This document shows, piece by piece, positions 39,380 through 48,908 of a stretch of DNA of 50,632 nucleotides. The stretch comes from Chlorobiota bacterium (GTDB lineage Bacteria; Bacteroidota; Ignavibacteria; Kapaibacteriales; UBA2268): positions 1-50,632 of the forward strand of contig JBFHKR010000003.1 of NCBI GenBank assembly GCA_041595255.1. The letters run 5' to 3'. The notes below the pieces were generated by a model, which worked only from the letters and a program-made list of their open reading frames with translations, was not told where the DNA came from and searched no databases. A program made the position numbers and the translations under genes. Position 1 is the first letter of the stretch; each line of letters starts with the position of its first letter.

Positions 39380-40890
39380 TTCCAGAAGTAAAAGATATTA
39401 GAATTATAATTGTTGCGGCAATTCTTCTGATACCGACTATTTTTTTTCCAGCATCATCGGATTTATCGGTGTTTATGCTAGGCGGGAAAGTAATAGCCAA
39501 TGGTGGTGAACTATTTAAAGATTTCTTTGATCTGAAAGCCCCTCTTACTTACTATTTCTTTGCAGTAGTCGACCTTCTAACTGGTGGCAATATAATAGCC
39601 ACTAGGATAGTTGATTATATTATTACAATTTCCTTTGTGATTAGTGCTAATTACATTCTATTCAATCTGAATATAGACAGAGCCATTCGTTGGATATTCT
39701 TAATAGGTTTTTCCGCGAGCTATGTTACTCTGAATCATAGTAATACTATGCAATGCGAGACTCTTACCTATTTGCCTATGATATGGTATTTCTATTATAT
39801 AATCAAACCCAATAGGAATTCGACCATAATCAAAGGGCTTTTGCTTGGCATAATTGTCTCGTTTAAGTATTCGTTGGGACTAGTTTTCCTAGCTGATATT
39901 ATATATAATTTAACTCAATCCAACTTCTCTTGGAAATTATTTAGGAACAAGGTATTAGAGCTCTCAATAGTATTGCTTTGTGTTTTCCTAAGTTTTATGC
40001 CTACAATAGCACAAGGTAACGCACATTACCTAGATGGATTATATGCTTATCTAGATAAATATAAGGCACACCCACCTATCAACTTAGGATTTATTAAAGA
40101 ATATTTGAAAGGACTAGGATACCTTTTCGGTGATTATTATTCATTACTATTCTCAGCGGCAGCAATATTTAGCGTGGTATTATTCCCTTTCAAAAAGAAT
40201 GAAAATCAAGATAAATTATTCAATTTTATTCTGCTCTTTTTTATTCTACTTTTCATCTCATTTCTGATAGAAAGAAAGCCAAATCTATACCAATTTAGCC
40301 GTGTGTACCCATTCTTGATAATGCTAAGTTCTTATGGACTATATTATCTTTATAAAAACATTACATTTAAAAACAAAATAGCGTTCACTTTCGTATTATT
40401 CTTTGCATTATTCCTTTCTCCATTACCGAGAGTAGTTAATACAATGAAAATTCCGATGGATTATTTCCGAAACAAAGAAAATTACATATTCAATTTTTCG
40501 CACGATGACGGAACTGGCAACTACCACGCTATGGCTAAACTAGAAGAATATACTAAACCTAAAGGCAAGAAATTTATCTACGTAAATTCGGGTAGCCATC
40601 AGTATTTGCGAAGGAGCGAAAGTTATTATAAATACCCTCTTTCTGCATTCTACCTAGGTGATTTTGACAACTATAGCATAGTAGATGAAGTAGCGAAGGA
40701 CATGGAAAAAGTTGATTATCTGATAATTCAGAATGATGATAACCACTATGCTAATTTCTTTAATCATCTTTCTAGTTATGATAATATGATGAGAATAAAT
40801 AGATTTAAAAATCTATTGGATGATGATTTCGAAATGGATACTTTACTAGACGGAAGATATTATATATACGACAGAAAGAAAGTAGAATGA
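39376..40890 (+). CDS. GT-C-fold polytopic glycosyltransferase (ArnT/PMT-like), paralog A
   Basis: Multi-TM protein with first-loop SSDLSVF..GG...DFFDLKAP, QCE, FKY and ERK motifs, plus a C-terminal soluble domain. Confidence 0.7.
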   Translation: MIPEVKDIRIIIVAAILLIPTIFFPASSDLSVFMLGGKVIANGGELFKDFFDLKAPLTYYFFAVVDLLTGGNIIATRIVDYIITISFVISANYILFNLNIDRAIRWIFLIGFSASYVTLNHSNTMQCETLTYLPMIWYFYYIIKPNRNSTIIKGLLLGIIVSFKYSLGLVFLADIIYNLTQSNFSWKLFRNKVLELSIVLLCVFLSFMPTIAQGNAHYLDGLYAYLDKYKAHPPINLGFIKEYLKGLGYLFGDYYSLLFSAAAIFSVVLFPFKKNENQDKLFNFILLFFILLFISFLIERKPNLYQFSRVYPFLIMLSSYGLYYLYKNITFKNKIAFTFVLFFALFLSPLPRVVNTMKIPMDYFRNKENYIFNFSHDDGTGNYHAMAKLEEYTKPKGKKFIYVNSGSHQYLRRSESYYKYPLSAFYLGDFDNYSIVDEVAKDMEKVDYLIIQNDDNHYANFFNHLSSYDNMMRINRFKNLLDDDFEMDTLLDGRYYIYDRKKVE

Positions 40891-42410
40891 TTCAAACCCC
40901 AGGTATAGATAAATCCCTGCTAAAGTATTTCATAACTGCTTTTGTTATACTTTTGCCTACTTTAGCGTTTCCTATATCGTCAGACCTTTCCGTGTTTATG
41001 CATGGAGGCAGTATAATTGCAAATGGTGGTGGGTTATTCAATGATTTCTATGATATAAAACCACCTCTAATCTATTATTTATTCGCAGGTATCAACTCTA
41101 TTTTTGGTGATAATGTAGTAGCATTCAGAGTATTCGACTTATTATATCAGATGTCATTTCTAGTTCTAACAGCATACCTGCTGACTAAGCTAGAAATTAA
41201 AACCAAGGTCATAAAAGCATTTCTGATTTTATTCCCTCTCAGCTATACTATTCTTAATTATAGAGATATATTCCAAACAGAATCATTAGCATTTATACCT
41301 CTAATAATATACTTCTATTATATGATTAAGAATGAAAATTCCTATAAGCAGCATATAATAATGGGTGTAGCCTTAGGCATTGCAATAGCATTCAAATATA
41401 CATTAGGAATAGTGTTCATTGGATATCTTTCATATTTTTTTAGAAATTCGGACCTAAGAAATTATACGAAAGTAGTTATTCAGATTTTAGTCGCTTTGTT
41501 CATAGTGTTTCTAAGTTTCTTACCTGTGATATTAGGAGGTAATATAAATGGATTTATAGATACAAATGTATATCTTGCTGAATATGCTAAATACCCCCCT
41601 TTGGGTGTAGATCTGGCTAAACAAATGATAGAGATACTAACACATAATTTCGGTTCACTAATTTCAGTTAGCTATTTATTTCTATTTGTAGTCGGTACTG
41701 TATTCTATAAAGATGAAAAACATCAAACTATAATGAAGTACTTACTTGTATTTAGTTTATTACTATTCTTATCTGTTCTGCTTGAAAGAAAAATTAATAT
41801 GTATCATATTACTAGATTTTACCCTTATTTTATGATAATTGTAAGTATCGGGTTAGTCCATGTAATAGAAAGATTCCATTTTCGCAAGAATCTATCAACT
41901 TTTGTTTTGGTATGTGTTTTTCTAATACTTAGTCCGCTACTTAGATTTGTGAATACATACAAGATTGCCTTTGATAGAGTTTTTAACTACGAATCTTATG
42001 CCTCATACTACACTAATGATATGCCTTTCACGATATTGGGGCAACATATAGCAATTGCAGATTATATCAATAAAAAAGGTGATCAGAAATTCCTATTTAT
42101 GAATACTGGTGGTAACCAAGCTGTTCACTATCTAGATTTCGATTATAGATACAAATTCCCGCATAGTGCATTTCACCTATCACCAAAGGCACCAATATCT
42201 TATAAAAAAGCTTTCGAAGAAGACTTGAACGATGCTAATATAATCGCAATAGACAGTAGTGATGATATATTTATGATCTTCCTTTCGGAAGGAAGTAGCT
42301 ACGACTTATTCTTTGGCGAAAAAGAATACAAGGATTATATTGAGCAATACTTTGAACTAGATACTATACTTTTGGATAGATACTTCATCTATGAGAGGAA
42401 AATCAAATGA
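40887..42410 (+). CDS. GT-C-fold polytopic glycosyltransferase (ArnT/PMT-like), paralog B
   Basis: SSDLSVF..GG...DFYDIKPP, QTE, FKY and ERK motifs; ATGA overlap with paralog A. Confidence 0.7.
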   Translation: MIQTPGIDKSLLKYFITAFVILLPTLAFPISSDLSVFMHGGSIIANGGGLFNDFYDIKPPLIYYLFAGINSIFGDNVVAFRVFDLLYQMSFLVLTAYLLTKLEIKTKVIKAFLILFPLSYTILNYRDIFQTESLAFIPLIIYFYYMIKNENSYKQHIIMGVALGIAIAFKYTLGIVFIGYLSYFFRNSDLRNYTKVVIQILVALFIVFLSFLPVILGGNINGFIDTNVYLAEYAKYPPLGVDLAKQMIEILTHNFGSLISVSYLFLFVVGTVFYKDEKHQTIMKYLLVFSLLLFLSVLLERKINMYHITRFYPYFMIIVSIGLVHVIERFHFRKNLSTFVLVCVFLILSPLLRFVNTYKIAFDRVFNYESYASYYTNDMPFTILGQHIAIADYINKKGDQKFLFMNTGGNQAVHYLDFDYRYKFPHSAFHLSPKAPISYKKAFEEDLNDANIIAIDSSDDIFMIFLSEGSSYDLFFGEKEYKDYIEQYFELDTILLDRYFIYERKIK

Positions 42411-43951
42411 AGTACTTCCAAGATAAATTTGACTACCTATTTCTAACATTAGGAATCCTGATTCTAAGTTTAACGGTGTTCTTTCCTGTCTCATCTGATA
42501 TGGCTACATTCATACAAGGCGGGATGATATTAAAGAATGGAGGGGCTTTATATGTTGATTATTTTGATGTTAAACCGCCGTTTGTTTATTATTTCTTCGA
42601 GTTTCTATACTCTATGTTTGGCAAGAATATTACTCTTTATAGATTATTTGATTTCTTTTATCAAACGGTTTTCCTACTATCGAGTATTTATATATTCAAT
42701 AAGCTAGAGTTTAACAAAACGGCTATTAGGTTATTCTCTGCGCTTATGCCTATGGTTTATGCTACACTTAGCTTTCCTCATACTTTTCAAGTAGAAAGTC
42801 TGTTGTTTTTACCTTTGGTCTGGTATTACTACTTAGGAAGCAAATCACAAACAGGGAAATACGATAATCTGTTAAAAGGAATACTACTAGGTATCGCTAT
42901 AAATCTGAAATATACTTTTGGAATTCTCCTATTAGCTGATGTTATCTATCTACTAATGCAAAGTAAGAGTATTCGTGCTATTGCTATACGTAGCGTAATC
43001 CAACTATTTATAGCATTTGTTGTTACTCTACTGCTCTTCTCCCCCGTTATATTATCATGGAACTTCCAATCTTTCATTGATTTTTTCAATTATATGAAAG
43101 AGTACAGTAATTATCCTACAGTTGGGTTTAGTTGGTTACAAACTATTATAAAATCGGGAACTTCTTTTTTCACTGGGCATTTCTCTATTGTTATGTTCAT
43201 TGCTGCAATTTATACAGTATTTCACATTGGATCAAAAGACAAAAAGTCAGTAAATATAACAAAGATAAATGGACTCATCATATTCGTATTAATTCTATTA
43301 GCTTCCGTTGTTATAGAAAGGAAAATGCTTATATACCATCAACAAAGAGTACTACCATTTCTAGTATTGCTTTCATCTTTAGGATTAGCGTTAATTTTAT
43401 CTGAAATAAGTAATTATAAGAAATACGCATTAGTGATAACACTACTTGTCATAACTATCTTTAGCCCAATTCCGAGGGTTATCAATTTACTAAAGTACCC
43501 TTTGAATATAATAGGACAAGATGAAAAAATATTCTATTCTACTCTGGTAGAGGGTGATGAAGGACATATACTTAGAAAGCACTTCGCAGTCGCTAGATAT
43601 ATAAATACTAATACAAATACAGACAAAGTACTACTTATAAATACCGGAGGCAATGAGATGATATGCTATTTCAATTTTGATTATAAGTATTCATTCCCTC
43701 AGTCGGCTTTCTATCTCAACGAGAAAGCACCCGAAAATCTGAAAGAAAAAGCATTTGACAATATAAAAGATTCTGAAGTTATAATACTTCAGAATAATGA
43801 TCAATCTCATATTATGTTCTTCAATGATGACACATCATTATCATCAATACAGAAGAATTTGGTAATTTGGGATTATATAGAAACAAATTTCAAACAAGAT
43901 ACTATAATAGAAGATAATTTTATAATCTACAGTAGAATTCCTTCTAATTAG
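42407..43951 (+). CDS. GT-C-fold polytopic glycosyltransferase (ArnT/PMT-like), paralog C
   Basis: SSDMATF..GG...DYFDVKPP, QVE, LKY and ERK motifs; ATGA overlap with paralog B. Confidence 0.7.
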   Translation: MKYFQDKFDYLFLTLGILILSLTVFFPVSSDMATFIQGGMILKNGGALYVDYFDVKPPFVYYFFEFLYSMFGKNITLYRLFDFFYQTVFLLSSIYIFNKLEFNKTAIRLFSALMPMVYATLSFPHTFQVESLLFLPLVWYYYLGSKSQTGKYDNLLKGILLGIAINLKYTFGILLLADVIYLLMQSKSIRAIAIRSVIQLFIAFVVTLLLFSPVILSWNFQSFIDFFNYMKEYSNYPTVGFSWLQTIIKSGTSFFTGHFSIVMFIAAIYTVFHIGSKDKKSVNITKINGLIIFVLILLASVVIERKMLIYHQQRVLPFLVLLSSLGLALILSEISNYKKYALVITLLVITIFSPIPRVINLLKYPLNIIGQDEKIFYSTLVEGDEGHILRKHFAVARYINTNTNTDKVLLINTGGNEMICYFNFDYKYSFPQSAFYLNEKAPENLKEKAFDNIKDSEVIILQNNDQSHIMFFNDDTSLSSIQKNLVIWDYIETNFKQDTIIEDNFIIYSRIPSN

Positions 43952-43971
43952 ACAAGAGCAGAAACTAGTTA

Positions 43972-45354
43972 ATGAATTTCTTATTTTACTTATTATATAT
44001 TCTTTACTTCGTAGGAGTATTCCAACTTTTCAATATTGGGAATTTTGGTATTTCACCTTCGTATCCTGTTATAGCTATTATCTATTTTCTATTTCTAGCC
44101 AAATTTCTTGCGAACAAAATCACAATTAACCTAAACCCGATTTATTGTGTTAGGTCTTTAGTATTGCTGCAGATAGCTGCAGGAGTATCATTTGTTTATG
44201 TTCTATCTGACTACAATGCTGAAAATACACAATTCATAAAAACTTATCTCCATTTTCTTTTTTTAACGGCTTTCCCACTCTTTTTAGGGTTATTTAAAAT
44301 TGAAAATAAAGTTTGGGTCAATATTTTTAAAATATGGTTGATACTTTCTATCCTAATAAATATATTTGGTATATACCAACTATTTGCTCGTGCATACGAT
44401 TTACCCTTAGCATGGATAGATTTGACTAATGCTAGTTTACAGGCACTAGAAGATACTAATGAACCTTACCAACAATTGAGTTTAAAGTTCAAAAACTTTT
44501 ATAGGGCTACATCTATATTTTCTGAACCTTCAGCTTTGGCAGGTTATAATCTTACAATAATTGGTTTTATGATTTACCCAATGTTCAAATCTGGGTCTAT
44601 GGCAATACTTAAGTCCAAGAAATTATTGAACTTCATCTTTGTACTAGCTGCACTCTCACTATTCGTTACTTTCTCATTGACTGGTGTATTGGGGTTATTC
44701 TTTTTGGCTGGTGCCTATTTTATATACAACAAAGGTATTAACTATAAGAGAATTTTTCAGATTTTAGTTGCTGTAGTTATACTTATAGTAATCGGTGATT
44801 TTTTTATTCTCAAATTTTTCGAAACAAGTTTACTTGAATTGTTTTATACTCGAATATCGAGTTTGTTAGGCTTAACAACTCATAGTATAGTAGGTGAATC
44901 ATTCGATACAAGAAGTAACAATTTTGCTAGTTCGGTGGAGCTATGGCTAAAAAGCCCAATCATAGGTATAGGATTAGGCCAAACAAAGCACTTAGGTGAA
45001 ATCGGATATAGTGATTTTGCAGTTATGCATTCTCTAATAGAGACTGGGATTATAGGTGGGTTAATATTCCTATCATTATTCTTTTTGAATATAGGCGAAT
45101 ACCTAAGTTTAAGGAGAAGTTTTGATAAGTTAAAACTTGAGACAGTTTATTTGTTAAATGCATCATTCTATGCATTGGTTATTTTGACTATGACTAATTT
45201 TATAACTAGTAACTCATTCGTCAGTTTTGCATTATGGTCAATGATGGGAGTTATATTTTCGATTTTAACGAACGCTAAAGTAGAATTGGGTTACGATACG
45301 AAACCTATTTGGTTTTTCAAAAACAAAGCCCATTCTAAAATAGAACAGGCTTGA
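43972..45354 (+). CDS. O-antigen ligase / Wzy polymerase-like membrane protein
   Basis: About 11-12 TMs; RATSIFSEPS, TFSLTG, SF.TR, PIIGIGLG and ETGIIG motifs (Wzy_C-like). Confidence 0.8.
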   Translation: MNFLFYLLYILYFVGVFQLFNIGNFGISPSYPVIAIIYFLFLAKFLANKITINLNPIYCVRSLVLLQIAAGVSFVYVLSDYNAENTQFIKTYLHFLFLTAFPLFLGLFKIENKVWVNIFKIWLILSILINIFGIYQLFARAYDLPLAWIDLTNASLQALEDTNEPYQQLSLKFKNFYRATSIFSEPSALAGYNLTIIGFMIYPMFKSGSMAILKSKKLLNFIFVLAALSLFVTFSLTGVLGLFFLAGAYFIYNKGINYKRIFQILVAVVILIVIGDFFILKFFETSLLELFYTRISSLLGLTTHSIVGESFDTRSNNFASSVELWLKSPIIGIGLGQTKHLGEIGYSDFAVMHSLIETGIIGGLIFLSLFFLNIGEYLSLRRSFDKLKLETVYLLNASFYALVILTMTNFITSNSFVSFALWSMMGVIFSILTNAKVELGYDTKPIWFFKNKAHSKIEQA

Positions 45355-45380
45355 TAATAATCTTAATCATCTTTTGAGAT

Positions 45381-46454
45381 TTATGAGCGAAAATCATTCA
45401 TGAATTTCACTAAAGCTTCAACTGATTCTACAGGGCAAGCGTTATAGATAGACGCTCTAACTCCACCAACAGAACGGTGACCTTTCAGACCAGACATATT
45501 CAGAGACTCAGCTTTTTTGATAAACTCTGCTTCTTTCTCTTCAGTTTCCAAGTTGAATGTAACATTCATAGTCGAGCGGTCATTTTTGTCAGCAACTGTG
45601 GCTTTGTAGAAACCATTTGAATTATCTATAGCATCATAAAGCAGTCCTGCTTTATAATCATTTCTTTTCTCAATAGCGTCTAATCCACCTTCTGATTTTA
45701 TCCATTTTAGTGTTTCATTAATAACAAAAACAGGAAATACCGCAGGTGTATTGAACATAGAGTCCGCTTCAATATGAGTTGAGTATTTTAACATAGTCAA
45801 ATTACCTTCTTTCTCAGCTTTTGCAGCCCATGATTTCTTGATAACAACAAGTGTAACACCTGAAGGTCCAATATTCTTTTGAGCTCCAGCATAAATCAAA
45901 TCAAATTTGGAGTAATCCATATTTCTACTGAATATGTCAGATGACATATCGCATATTAACGGAACATTACCTACATTTGGTATTTCTTTCACTCTAGTAC
46001 CATAAATCGTGTTATTAGTAGTGTAATGAACATAGTCTGCATTGGGATCAAAGTTAAATACTTTGGGTATATAGTTGAAATTTTTATCAGCTGAAGAAGC
46101 AGCAACATTAACATTTCCGACTAGTTTACCTTCGGCTAATGCTTTTTTAGCCCAAACTCCAGTATTGATATAATCAGCACTTGTTTTCAAGAAATTCAGT
46201 GGTATCATAGCAAACTGCATACTTGCTCCACCTCCCAAATAAAGTACAGTATAATCATCACTACTTAAATTCATCAATTCTAATACATTAGCACTAGTCT
46301 CATCGAAAAGTGCGACAATTTCCTTAGATCTGTGGCTCATCTCCATAACAGACATACCACATCCATTATACTCAATGCTAGCTTGCTTAGCAGCTTCTAA
46401 AACTGGTACAGGCAAAATTGCAGGGCCTGCACTAAAATTATGAATTCTATTCAT
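45381..46454 (-). CDS. serC: Phosphoserine aminotransferase
   Basis: NFSAGPA, EMSHRS, NNTIYG, DMSS, YAGAQKNIGP and GHRSVGGVRASIYNA motifs. Confidence 0.98.
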   Translation of the reverse strand: MNRIHNFSAGPAILPVPVLEAAKQASIEYNGCGMSVMEMSHRSKEIVALFDETSANVLELMNLSSDDYTVLYLGGGASMQFAMIPLNFLKTSADYINTGVWAKKALAEGKLVGNVNVAASSADKNFNYIPKVFNFDPNADYVHYTTNNTIYGTRVKEIPNVGNVPLICDMSSDIFSRNMDYSKFDLIYAGAQKNIGPSGVTLVVIKKSWAAKAEKEGNLTMLKYSTHIEADSMFNTPAVFPVFVINETLKWIKSEGGLDAIEKRNDYKAGLLYDAIDNSNGFYKATVADKNDRSTMNVTFNLETEEKEAEFIKKAESLNMSGLKGHRSVGGVRASIYNACPVESVEALVKFMNDFRS

Positions 46455-46593
46455 GATAAATTACCTTGGGTAAATATTTGACAATTAATATTACAAACTT
46501 AACACATATACTATTGATTGCGAAAATAATTGTATAAAGTAATTGAAAGTTGGAATTATACTCAAATCTATTGATAATATTGTTTCTTTTGGC

Positions 46594-46601
46594 TAACTTT
46601 G
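46594..46601 (+). promoter_or_regulatory. -7 element TAACTTTG upstream of serA
   Basis: Matches TAnnTTTG, with ATTG 20 nt upstream; 37 nt before the ATG. Confidence 0.45.
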
Positions 46602-46638
46602 GAATTAGTTGTTTGTCCACTAATTTATAATATAAGAT

Positions 46639-47544
46639 ATGAGAATATTAGCTAATGACGGACTGTCCCAAGAAGGGATTGATGTAATAAATAATGCTGG
46701 TATCGAATTAGATACACACCATATACCACAAGAAGAATTATTCGAAAAATTGAATGATTATGATGCCATTATAGTTAGATCAGCAACTACTGTTCGAAAA
46801 GAACTTATAGATGCAACTAATCTAAAAGTAATTGGTAGGGCTGGAGTCGGTATGGATAATATAGACGTGGACTACGCAAGGAGCAAAGGAATCTCAGTTG
46901 TTAATACACCAGGAGCTTCTTCTATATCTGTAGCTGAATTAGTTTTTGCGCATTTATTCTCACTTTGTAGATTTACGCACAGAAGCACTGCTGCAATGCA
47001 AAAAGGTGAGTGGCCTAAAAAAGAATTCACTGGAATCGAACTAACAGGTAAAACAATCGGTCTAATAGGCTATGGTAATATTTCAAAAGAAGTTGCCAAA
47101 AGAGCGCTTGGATTAGGTATGAAAGTTCAAGTTTTCAATAGATCTGCTGTCAATCCTGGAGAAGGTATAACGGTAGCACAAGATTTGGATACTTTACTAT
47201 CGACAAGTGATTTCGTATCTCTTCACATACCGCTAGACAAAGGAAAAGGTGCTACAATCGGTGAAATTGAATTAGCAAAAATGAAAGATGGAGCTATACT
47301 AATTAATTGTGCCCGTGGAGGTACTGTTGACGAATCAGCTTTATTAAATGCTCTCAATTCGGGTAAATTAGCTGGTGCAGGTATTGACGTTTGGGTTAAT
47401 GAACCATGTACTGAAGCACAAAAAGATTTGATAAATCATACGAATGTGAGTGCAACACCTCATATCGGGGGCTCTACTGACGAAGCTCAAGATAGAGTTG
47501 GGATAGAAATAGCTGAAAGAGTAGTAGCAGAATTAAAAAAATAA
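46639..47544 (+). CDS. serA: D-3-phosphoglycerate dehydrogenase (short form lacking ACT domain)
   Basis: VRSAT, GRAGVGMDNID, GYGNI, INCARGG and TPHIGGSTDEAQ motifs; lies between serC and DUF1015. Confidence 0.85.
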   Translation: MRILANDGLSQEGIDVINNAGIELDTHHIPQEELFEKLNDYDAIIVRSATTVRKELIDATNLKVIGRAGVGMDNIDVDYARSKGISVVNTPGASSISVAELVFAHLFSLCRFTHRSTAAMQKGEWPKKEFTGIELTGKTIGLIGYGNISKEVAKRALGLGMKVQVFNRSAVNPGEGITVAQDLDTLLSTSDFVSLHIPLDKGKGATIGEIELAKMKDGAILINCARGGTVDESALLNALNSGKLAGAGIDVWVNEPCTEAQKDLINHTNVSATPHIGGSTDEAQDRVGIEIAERVVAELKK

Positions 47545-47556
47545 AGGTAAATAATC

Positions 47557-48798
47557 ATGGCAATATTCAAACCATTCAAAGCATATAGACCTACTAGCAA
47601 TAAGGCAAAAGACGTAGCTGCTTACCCTTATGATGTTGTAAACTCAGAGGAAGCAAGAGAAATCGTGAAAGGGAATCCAGATTCATTTCTTAGAGTAGGT
47701 AAGCCCGAAGTTGACCTAGACCCAAATATTTCACTATATGACGAAAAAGTATATGCTAAAGGCAAGGAAAACTTAGATAGATTAATAAATGATGGTATTT
47801 TGGTTGAAGATATTTCACCATGCTATTACGTATATAGTCTAACTATGAACGGTCGTACTCAAAATGGATTAGTAGGCTGTGCGAGTGTAGAAGATTATTG
47901 GAACGATGTAATAAAAAAACACGAATATACTAGAAAACAAAAAGAACAAGACAGATGTGAGCATGTACGAGTTACCAATGCACACACTGGCCCAATCTTC
48001 TTAACTTACAAAGATGATAGAGATATTAATACTCTTATCAACGAAGTGAAGCGAAATGCACCTGACAATGACCATGTGGCTAATGACGGTATTCGTCATC
48101 AAACTTGGCTTATTGACAAAAAAGAAGATATTGACTTTATCCAAAATAGATTGGCAGATGTACCCAGCTTCTATGTAGCAGACGGTCACCATAGATCAGC
48201 AGCTGCAGCTATAGTTGGAAGAGAACGCAGAGAAGCAAATCCGAACCACACTGGCAATGAGAACTACAACCGATTTTTGGCAGTTTTATTCCCTGCAAGT
48301 GAGCTATATATAATGGATTACAATCGATTAGTTGTTGATTTGAATGGTAATAGTGTTTCTGAATTCTTGGATAAAGTATCTGAGAAATTTACAATTGAGA
48401 AATCTGACTCAAAAGTCTCACCTTCGAAGAAAGGTGAATTCGGTTTTTATAGCGAAGGCAATTGGTACAAACTTAATATCAAACCTGAATTAGTTAACTT
48501 GAATGATCCAGTTGAGTCTCTAGACGTTGCACTACTACAAAAACATGTACTTGACAATATTTTAGCAATTGAAGACCCACGTACTGACGACAGAATTGAT
48601 TTTGTTGGCGGTATAAGAGGATTAGAAGAATTAGTTAAAAGAGTAGACAGTGGTGAAATGAAAGCCGCAATTAGTATGTTCCCTACTTCTATCGAAGAGC
48701 TGATGAACATTGCCGATGCAGGGCGAGTAATGCCACCCAAATCAACTTGGTTCGAACCAAAGCTAAGAGACGGGCTGTTCGTTCATTTCTTGGACTAA
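47557..48798 (+). CDS. DUF1015-family protein
   Basis: PYDVV, IKKHE.TR, YVADGHHRSAAA and MPPKSTWFEPKLRDGL motifs. Confidence 0.92.
   Translation: MAIFKPFKAYRPTSNKAKDVAAYPYDVVNSEEAREIVKGNPDSFLRVGKPEVDLDPNISLYDEKVYAKGKENLDRLINDGILVEDISPCYYVYSLTMNGRTQNGLVGCASVEDYWNDVIKKHEYTRKQKEQDRCEHVRVTNAHTGPIFLTYKDDRDINTLINEVKRNAPDNDHVANDGIRHQTWLIDKKEDIDFIQNRLADVPSFYVADGHHRSAAAAIVGRERREANPNHTGNENYNRFLAVLFPASELYIMDYNRLVVDLNGNSVSEFLDKVSEKFTIEKSDSKVSPSKKGEFGFYSEGNWYKLNIKPELVNLNDPVESLDVALLQKHVLDNILAIEDPRTDDRIDFVGGIRGLEELVKRVDSGEMKAAISMFPTSIEELMNIADAGRVMPPKSTWFEPKLRDGLFVHFLD
48647..48798 (+). repeat. 152-bp direct repeat, copy 1 (3' end of DUF1015)
   Basis: Identical to 49782-49933 except for 3 substitutions. 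Confidence 0.95.
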
Positions 48799-48825
48799 TG
48801 TAAGCTAAACATAGAATTTAAAACG

Positions 48826-48855
48826 AAATCCCGACCAATTGGTTGGGATTTTTTT
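48826..48855 (+). terminator. Intrinsic terminator after DUF1015
   Basis: AAATCCCGACC-AATT-GGTTGGGATTT hairpin followed by a T-run. Confidence 0.85.
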
Positions 48856-48908
48856 GAAATTTCACTAACAACACAAAAGGCACAGATATAAGACTAAATC
48901 AGGCTTAT

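Noticed and set aside
2760-48740. Remaining 60-131-aa ORFs nested in or antisense to long genes
   Set aside because: They lie almost entirely within well-supported CDSs and have no independent motifs or RBS; these are expected shadow ORFs.
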